From Clostridia bacterium (GTDB taxonomy: Bacteria > Bacillota > Clostridia > CAKSNL01 > HGM11501), in assembly GCA_045545475.1 (NCBI GenBank), contig JAZQAZ010000041.1:58354-122353 (forward strand): a stretch of 64,000 nucleotides of DNA. Reading direction: 5' to 3'. Below the pieces are notes generated by a model that saw nothing but the letters and a program-made list of their open reading frames with translations, ran no database searches and was not told where the DNA came from. This document shows, piece by piece, positions 58,002 to 64,000 of the stretch (the first letter of the stretch is position 1; the number at the start of each line of letters is the position of its first letter). Both the position numbers and the translations under genes were made by a program.

Positions 58002-59453
58002 GTGGCCATTATTTTATGTATACTTTCAGCCGTAATTTCAGGCCTTTCATTTATAACCGAAAATACCTGGCCAATACTTTTCTTTTCCCCCGGACTTTTT
58101 TATTTTGCTCTTTATGACGAAAAACGACCGCTTTTCAAAGGCTTTATATTCGGTACTGTTTTTTATATGTTTAATTCAGTTTACCTTTCAAGCTTTGATA
58201 TTTCGTTTATAACATCAAATCTGTTTTTTCAAAAGTTCTTTCCCTTTCTTGCCTATCTGCTTCTCTCGGCCGTAGAGGGAATTTTCGCAGCACTTTTTGC
58301 AAAGCTTTTCGTCTTTATTAAAACCAGAACAGATAAAAAACTTCACACACTGCTTTTTGCATCACTTTGGGTTATCTATGAATACATGCTTTCCATGCCG
58401 GACTTTTTCACGGGGTATCCCTTCGGAAGAATATCTATCCCTTTTGCCGCATGTCCTTATTTTATACAAAGTGCCTCTCTTTTCGGCTCTCTTTTTATTT
58501 CCTTTATTGTAATATACTTTTCATCGGCTTTTTCAATGTGCTTTATAAGAAAAACGGCAAGTCCTATGCTTTTTCCCTGTATCCTCCTCATAGCCAACGT
58601 TATTATTTCCGCCTGCCTTTATGTAACTCCCGAACACGGCGAAGCTGTTACACTAAAGGCCGTACAAAACGGATACGGCGGTTACGACAAATGGCTTACG
58701 CCGCCAAACACCATAATAGAAGACTCATTGAAGGAAATATCCGACGCTGAAATTGTTCTTTTTGCGGAAAGTGCAATTCCTCTGCATCTTAATAAAAACA
58801 CCGCTCTCGATACCCTTTCAGATGCGGCAAGAGATAAAAACATAACCGTGCTTATCGGTTCTCTTTTTTCCGATAAAGACGGAAAGAGATATACCTCGGT
58901 TTACCTTTTACCTTATGAGGAGGGTGAAATTTACCATAAAAGGCACCCTGTTCCTTTCGGAGAATATTACCCAATATTTGATTTGTTCTTTAGCGAAGCA
59001 AAAGAAGCCGGATTATCAAAGGGCACATCTGTTAAGCTTTTAAGCGATTATTCCCTCGGACCTGTAATATGCTTTGATTCCATGTTCCCATCATATTCCC
59101 GGGAAGCCACAAAAGAAGGAGCTCGTCTTTTATGCGTGTCCACCAACGATTCATGGTTTTCCAAGGGCAATGCAGCACTGCTCCACCTTTATCACAGCGT
59201 TTACCGTTCAGTGGAAAACGGCAGATATGTAGCAAGAAGTGCATGCACCGGAATCTCGGCATTCATTGATTCAAAGGGAAATATCCTTGACGTAATTCCG
59301 TTAAATGAATCAGGAACAATTGAAAGAAGTCTCCTTTTAATGGACGAAGTGACACCCTACACAATTTGGGGAGATTTACCGATTATGTTATATGCAATTT
59401 CTGTTATTTTCATTTCACTGTTTTTAAAGAAAAGGAGGGAGAAGAATGTCTGA
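58002..59453 (+). CDS. lnt: Apolipoprotein N-acyltransferase
   Basis: N-terminal TMs with GYP; nitrilase triad FAES / YHKRHPVPFGEY / ICFDS; TNDSWF; RSVENGR..R...TGISA. Confidence 0.9.
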   Translation: MAIILCILSAVISGLSFITENTWPILFFSPGLFYFALYDEKRPLFKGFIFGTVFYMFNSVYLSSFDISFITSNLFFQKFFPFLAYLLLSAVEGIFAALFAKLFVFIKTRTDKKLHTLLFASLWVIYEYMLSMPDFFTGYPFGRISIPFAACPYFIQSASLFGSLFISFIVIYFSSAFSMCFIRKTASPMLFPCILLIANVIISACLYVTPEHGEAVTLKAVQNGYGGYDKWLTPPNTIIEDSLKEISDAEIVLFAESAIPLHLNKNTALDTLSDAARDKNITVLIGSLFSDKDGKRYTSVYLLPYEEGEIYHKRHPVPFGEYYPIFDLFFSEAKEAGLSKGTSVKLLSDYSLGPVICFDSMFPSYSREATKEGARLLCVSTNDSWFSKGNAALLHLYHSVYRSVENGRYVARSACTGISAFIDSKGNILDVIPLNESGTIERSLLLMDEVTPYTIWGDLPIMLYAISVIFISLFLKKRREKNV

Positions 59454-60171
59454 TGTAAAAAAATATTTCAAGGTAATATCGTTAGACATTACAGACTCCA
59501 CCAACAATGAAGCAAAACGTATTATAAAAGACGGTGAAACAGCACCTTTCATCATTATTGCAAACGAGCAGACAAGCGGCCGCGGCCGCCAGGGTAAAAG
59601 CTTTTTCTCTCCCAGAGATACCGGCCTTTATATGACTGTTTCTTTTCCCATAAAAAAAGAGGCAAAGGATTTTCTCTATCTGACTTCCGCTGCCGCAGTT
59701 TCGGTTGTAGAAGCAATTTATAATCTTACAGGAGAAATTTGCGGAATAAAATGGGTAAACGATATATATAAAGACGGGAAAAAAATTTGCGGAATTTTAA
59801 CAGAATCGGTCATGGGAGAAAATTCCCATGTCATTATAGGGATAGGTGTAAATCTCACTACCGCATCTTTTCCCGAAGAAATTTCCCGTATTGCCGCAAG
59901 TCTTGATTGTCCTTCTGTTACATCAAAGGCTTTGGCAGAAGAAATCTCAACAAAGCTCAGATTCTACTTTGAAAGCGGAGCTTCTTCTTTTATTGACCTC
60001 TACAGAAAATACAGTATCGTTCTTTCCAAGGACATAACATACATAAAAAACGGTGAAACTCGTTTCGGAAGAGTTTTGTCTATCACAGACTCCGGTGCCC
60101 TTTTGGTAAAAAGGGAGGACGGCGAAGAAGAAATTCTTGACTCAGGCGAAATTTCATTAAGATTAAAATAA
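59446..60171 (+). CDS. birA: Biotin--acetyl-CoA-carboxylase ligase (no HTH)
   Basis: DSTN, QTSGRGRQG, KWVND, KICGIL.E, GIGVN, SGEIS. Confidence 0.95.
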   Translation: MSDVKKYFKVISLDITDSTNNEAKRIIKDGETAPFIIIANEQTSGRGRQGKSFFSPRDTGLYMTVSFPIKKEAKDFLYLTSAAAVSVVEAIYNLTGEICGIKWVNDIYKDGKKICGILTESVMGENSHVIIGIGVNLTTASFPEEISRIAASLDCPSVTSKALAEEISTKLRFYFESGASSFIDLYRKYSIVLSKDITYIKNGETRFGRVLSITDSGALLVKREDGEEEILDSGEISLRLK

Positions 60172-60181
60172 GGAATAAGCT

Positions 60182-62764
60182 ATGAAAAAAATCACTTTGG
60201 GCATACTTGCCCACGTTGACTCGGGTAAGACCACCTTATCAGAGGCTCTTTTATATAATTCAGGAGAGATAAGAAGCCTTGGAAGAGTCGATCACAAAAA
60301 CACCCATCTTGACACAAACCATATGGAAAAAGATCGTGGAATAACCATCTTTTCGCATCAGGCACATTTTTTGCTCTCCGATGCAGAAATAACTTTGCTT
60401 GACACTCCCGGTCACGTTGACTTTTCGGCCGAAGCGGAACGAACGCTATCGGTGCTTGATTATGCGGTGCTACTTGTAAGTGCCCCGGAAAAGGTACAAA
60501 GTCACACTAAAACGCTATGGGATTTACTTGCCCACTACTGCATCCCCACATTTATTTTTATAAACAAGCTTGACCTGGAAAACGAAGGGAAAGAAGCTAT
60601 TCTTTCAGACATAAGAGAAAATCTGACACCGCTTTGTGCCGATTTCACACATATTACAGACGAATTTTACGAAGAAGTTGCAACGAATACAGACTGCCTT
60701 TTCGATGAATATATGGAATCGGGAAAAATCTCAGATTCATCTTTAGCCGATGCCGTAAAAGAGCGTAAGCTCTTTCCCTGCTTTTTCGGTTCTGCCCTAA
60801 AAAACGAGGGGATTGATAAGCTGGCAGAAGCACTTTCAATATATACAAAAGAGCAGATATATCCCGAAGCGTTCGGTGCAAAGGTTTATAAAATCACAGA
60901 GGACGACAAAGGTCAAAGGCTTACACACATGAAGATAACCGGCGGACGCTTAAAGGTAAAGACCATAATTTCCGAGGACAACCCTGCAGAAAAAATAAAT
61001 GAGCTAAGAATGTATCAGGGTGCAGGATACAAAGCCATATCAGAAGCCTGTGGCGGCGATATTGTTGCCGTTACCGGCATAACATCTCTCGTCTCCGGAA
61101 GCGGTCTTGGCTTTGAAGACGATGCATCCAATCTTTTGTCGGAGCCGGTATTTACTTATACAGCAGCCCTACCTCCTTCCACGGATATAAGCTATGCCCT
61201 TTCTGCATTCAAAAAGCTGGAATCCGAGGAAACAAAGCTTTCTGTAAATTTCAACGAAGACACAAGGAAAATAAGTGTCAGCGTTATGGGGAAAATTCAG
61301 CTGGAAATCTTAAAGCGACAGCTTTCAGAACGCTTTTCAATTAATGTTGAATTTGAAAGCTGTTCTATTTATTATAAAGAAACCGTAAAGAGTACCGTTG
61401 AAGGCGTCGGCCATTTCGAACCTCTCCGCCACTATGCAGAAGTTCATCTTTTAATAGAGCCGGGGAAACGTGGCAGCGGCCTTGTATTTGCCACTAAAGT
61501 GGGAGAAGATTTGCTTTCCAGAAACTGGCAAAGATTAATTCTGACCCATCTTGCAGAAAAAACACACAGAGGAGTTTTAACCGGTGCCCCGTTGACAGAC
61601 GCTAAAATAACCCTGGTTAACGGAAAAGCTCACTTAAAGCACACCGAAGGCGGCGATTTCCGTCAGGCAACCTACCGTGCAGTACGTCAGGGACTTATGC
61701 AGGCAGAAAGCGTGTTGTTAGAGCCTTACTACGAATTTGTTCTCAAAGTTCCTTCAAGCTCCACGGGCAGAGCAATGACTGATCTTGACAGAATAGGGGC
61801 TTCATTTTCTCCACCAGAAATGCTCGGTACCCTGTCCGTTATCAAAGGGAGAGGTCCGGTTTCCGTTTTATCGGAATATCCCGATACGGTTACGGCATAT
61901 ACCCATGGTCTTGGCAGCATTTCCTTTTCATACGGCGGCTATGATGAGTGCCTTAATCCCCGGGAAGTAATCGAAGCTAAGGGGTATGACCCCGAAAGTG
62001 ATCTCCGCAACAGTCCCGACTCTGTTTTTTGCAGCGGCGGGAGCGGCTTTACGGTCAAGTGGGACGAGGTATTCACTCATATGCACCTTCCCCTTCTTAC
62101 CGATAAAAAGGAAGTCCTTGCCCCGTTAAACGCTCCCAAAAGAGAGAAAAAAGATTACTCGGATGCAGAATTACTTGAGATATTTGAGCGAACCTACGGC
62201 AAAATCAAACGCCCCAAGGACCGACGTGAAGAAGAAAAGGTTTATGATTACACTAAAACAGAAAAACCGAAAAAGCCACGGCCGTATCAAAATCTCCCCA
62301 CCTATCTTCTTGTTGACGGCTATAACGTAATTTATTCCTGGAGCGAACTTAAAGATGTTTCTTCCGACAGCTTTGATGCCGCAAGAAGCCTTCTTGCAGA
62401 TAAATTGTGCAATTTTAATGCCATGCAGGATATAAACATTATTTTAGTTTTCGATGCCTATAAGGTAAAAGGAAAATACCGCGAAATTGAAGACTATAAC
62501 GGAATAAAAATAGTATATACCAAGGAAGCCGAAACTGCAGACTCCTACATTGAGAAAACATCAAAAGAGCTTTCAAAGGATTACAGAGTAAAGGTTGCCA
62601 CTTCGGATAATTTGGAGCAGGTAATTATTTTCGGTCACGGTGCCGTCAGAATCACTGCGGACGAGCTGAAAAAAGAAATTGAATATGCAGAATCCACCAT
62701 GAGACGTATCATTTCCGAAGCTTCTGAGGGCAATGCCACTTCCACAATTTCAATTAAAAACTGA
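60182..62764 (+). CDS. EF-G/TetM-like translational GTPase fused to a C-terminal NYN (YacP/Rae1-like) nuclease
   Basis: AHVDSGKTT, RGITI, DTPGH, NKLD, GSAL; LLEPY; C-terminal LLVDGYN, VFDA, ETADSYIE, VATSD. Confidence 0.9.
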   Translation: MKKITLGILAHVDSGKTTLSEALLYNSGEIRSLGRVDHKNTHLDTNHMEKDRGITIFSHQAHFLLSDAEITLLDTPGHVDFSAEAERTLSVLDYAVLLVSAPEKVQSHTKTLWDLLAHYCIPTFIFINKLDLENEGKEAILSDIRENLTPLCADFTHITDEFYEEVATNTDCLFDEYMESGKISDSSLADAVKERKLFPCFFGSALKNEGIDKLAEALSIYTKEQIYPEAFGAKVYKITEDDKGQRLTHMKITGGRLKVKTIISEDNPAEKINELRMYQGAGYKAISEACGGDIVAVTGITSLVSGSGLGFEDDASNLLSEPVFTYTAALPPSTDISYALSAFKKLESEETKLSVNFNEDTRKISVSVMGKIQLEILKRQLSERFSINVEFESCSIYYKETVKSTVEGVGHFEPLRHYAEVHLLIEPGKRGSGLVFATKVGEDLLSRNWQRLILTHLAEKTHRGVLTGAPLTDAKITLVNGKAHLKHTEGGDFRQATYRAVRQGLMQAESVLLEPYYEFVLKVPSSSTGRAMTDLDRIGASFSPPEMLGTLSVIKGRGPVSVLSEYPDTVTAYTHGLGSISFSYGGYDECLNPREVIEAKGYDPESDLRNSPDSVFCSGGSGFTVKWDEVFTHMHLPLLTDKKEVLAPLNAPKREKKDYSDAELLEIFERTYGKIKRPKDRREEEKVYDYTKTEKPKKPRPYQNLPTYLLVDGYNVIYSWSELKDVSSDSFDAARSLLADKLCNFNAMQDINIILVFDAYKVKGKYREIEDYNGIKIVYTKEAETADSYIEKTSKELSKDYRVKVATSDNLEQVIIFGHGAVRITADELKKEIEYAESTMRRIISEASEGNATSTISIKN

Positions 62765-62777
62765 CGGAGCTGATTTT

Positions 62778-63887
62778 ATGACAGTTAAAAAATTTGTTTC
62801 CAAAAACGCCGTTATGCTGATTGCCTTAGTCGCAGCACTCATAACATGCTTCTTCGTCCCTCCCGACGAGGAGTATGCATCATATTTTGACATTAAAACC
62901 CTTTCCTGCCTTTTTTTGGTGCTGGCAGTGGTTTGTGCACTGAAAAATATAAACTTCTTTTACATTCTCGCAAGAAAAATTGTAAAATGCTTCAAAACCG
63001 CAAAAATTGCAATTCTTGCCCTTGTGTATATTACTTTTATAGGTTCAATGCTTATTGCCAATGATATGGCACTTTTAACCTTTCTCCCGCTGGGATACCT
63101 TATTTTGACCCAGACTCACAAAGAAGGACTTATGGCTTTCACCTTTATAATGCAGAACATTGCGGCAAACCTGGGCGGAATGCTTACTCCTTTCGGCAAT
63201 CCCCAAAATTTATATCTTTACACCAGGTTCAACATCCCTAACGGAGAATTTATAAAGATTATGGCACCGCCTTTTATAATTTCTATAGTTATAATTACAC
63301 TATGCTGTCTCTTTGTAAAAAATGAACCTCTTGAACTTTCTGATGAAGACGTAGCCATTGATAAACCAAAGGCCATAATTTATCTTTTGCTGTTCGCCCT
63401 TTCAATCGCAATAGTATTCAGAGGAGTTCCATATTATATCGGGCTTATCATAATCCCCGCAGTGCTCTTTTTCATGGATAAAGATGCTTTAAAGTCTGTA
63501 GACTATCCTCTGCTTCTCACCTTTTGCTTTTTCTTTGTATTTTCAGGGAATATGGCAAGAATTGATGCCGTCAGGGAATTCTTCTCTTTTTTACTATCAA
63601 AAAACACCTTGGTGTTTTCAATTCTTTCCTGTCAGTTTATAAGTAATGTTCCTTCAGCTATCCTGCTTTCACAGTTTACAACAAACTACCCGGAGCTTTT
63701 ACTTGGCGTTAATATCGGAGGAGCCGGAACAATAATTGCCTCACTGGCAAGCTTAATTACTTTCAGGGAATACCTGAAGCATAACCCGGGAAAATCCTGG
63801 AGATACATAGGCCTTTTCTCTATTTTCAATTTCGGTTTTGTATTTATCTTGACATTCTCAATGCTGGGAATTTTAATGTTTACATAA
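62778..63887 (+). CDS. SLC13/ArsB/CitMHS-like anion permease
   Basis: ANDMAL, AANLGG.LTPFGNPQN, SNVP, NIGG.GT.IASLA. Confidence 0.85.
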   Translation: MTVKKFVSKNAVMLIALVAALITCFFVPPDEEYASYFDIKTLSCLFLVLAVVCALKNINFFYILARKIVKCFKTAKIAILALVYITFIGSMLIANDMALLTFLPLGYLILTQTHKEGLMAFTFIMQNIAANLGGMLTPFGNPQNLYLYTRFNIPNGEFIKIMAPPFIISIVIITLCCLFVKNEPLELSDEDVAIDKPKAIIYLLLFALSIAIVFRGVPYYIGLIIIPAVLFFMDKDALKSVDYPLLLTFCFFFVFSGNMARIDAVREFFSFLLSKNTLVFSILSCQFISNVPSAILLSQFTTNYPELLLGVNIGGAGTIIASLASLITFREYLKHNPGKSWRYIGLFSIFNFGFVFILTFSMLGILMFT

Positions 63888-63962
63888 AAAAAGGTGCGGC
63901 TTTCGGCGGTACTTCTTAGGGAGAAGCCGGTTTTGGCTTGTTATTTTCCGCTGATAGTGCGC

Positions 63963-64000
63963 AAAAAAACGCAGACATACGCCAGTATGACTGCGTTTTT
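63963..64000. other. Hairpin at window edge (terminator or palindromic repeat)
   Basis: AAAAACGCAG-A-CATAC-GCCA-GTATG-A-CTGCGTTTTT. Confidence 0.5.

Noticed and set aside
60182-62764. Calling this gene tetM/tetW
   Set aside because: Has an extra NYN domain, housekeeping context and no mobile-element features; resistance is not supported
1-64000. CRISPR arrays, tRNA/rRNA genes, integrases or transposases
   Set aside because: None recognised by eye; a tool-based scan could still find degenerate elements

Overview
64 kb chromosomal segment of a spore-forming, low-GC Firmicute (Clostridia-like gene content). Core genes: a his operon led by a TrpR-like (YerC/HisR) regulator with a palindromic operator over its promoter, trkAH, the yabM-mazG-hup-rqcP cluster, cysE-cysS-mrnC-glyA-rarA, spoIIR, the full spoIIIAA-AH operon, spoVM, spoVT, nadE, murT-gatD, lnt, birA and an EF-G/TetM-like GTPase fused to an NYN nuclease. 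No rRNA, tRNA, CRISPR array or intact transposase was seen. The most notable observations are: (1) a divergent pair made of a tandem TIR-TIR protein and a TIR/DUF4062-like-TPR protein (candidate anti-phage system), followed by a REP doublet; (2) a 99-bp near-identical duplication of the spoVT 5' end bracketing a PHP gene (candidate gene-capture/integration hotspot); (3) an Ile-specifier T-box riboswitch controlling an XRE-cupin-acyl-CoA synthetase fusion (candidate 2-methylbutyrate-to-isoleucine route); (4) a gene-free cluster of DnaA boxes with an AT-rich tract and no dnaA nearby; (5) a candidate anti-Shine-Dalgarno sRNA; (6) several small ORFs missing from the ORF track. All family calls come from motif recognition by eye, without database searches.
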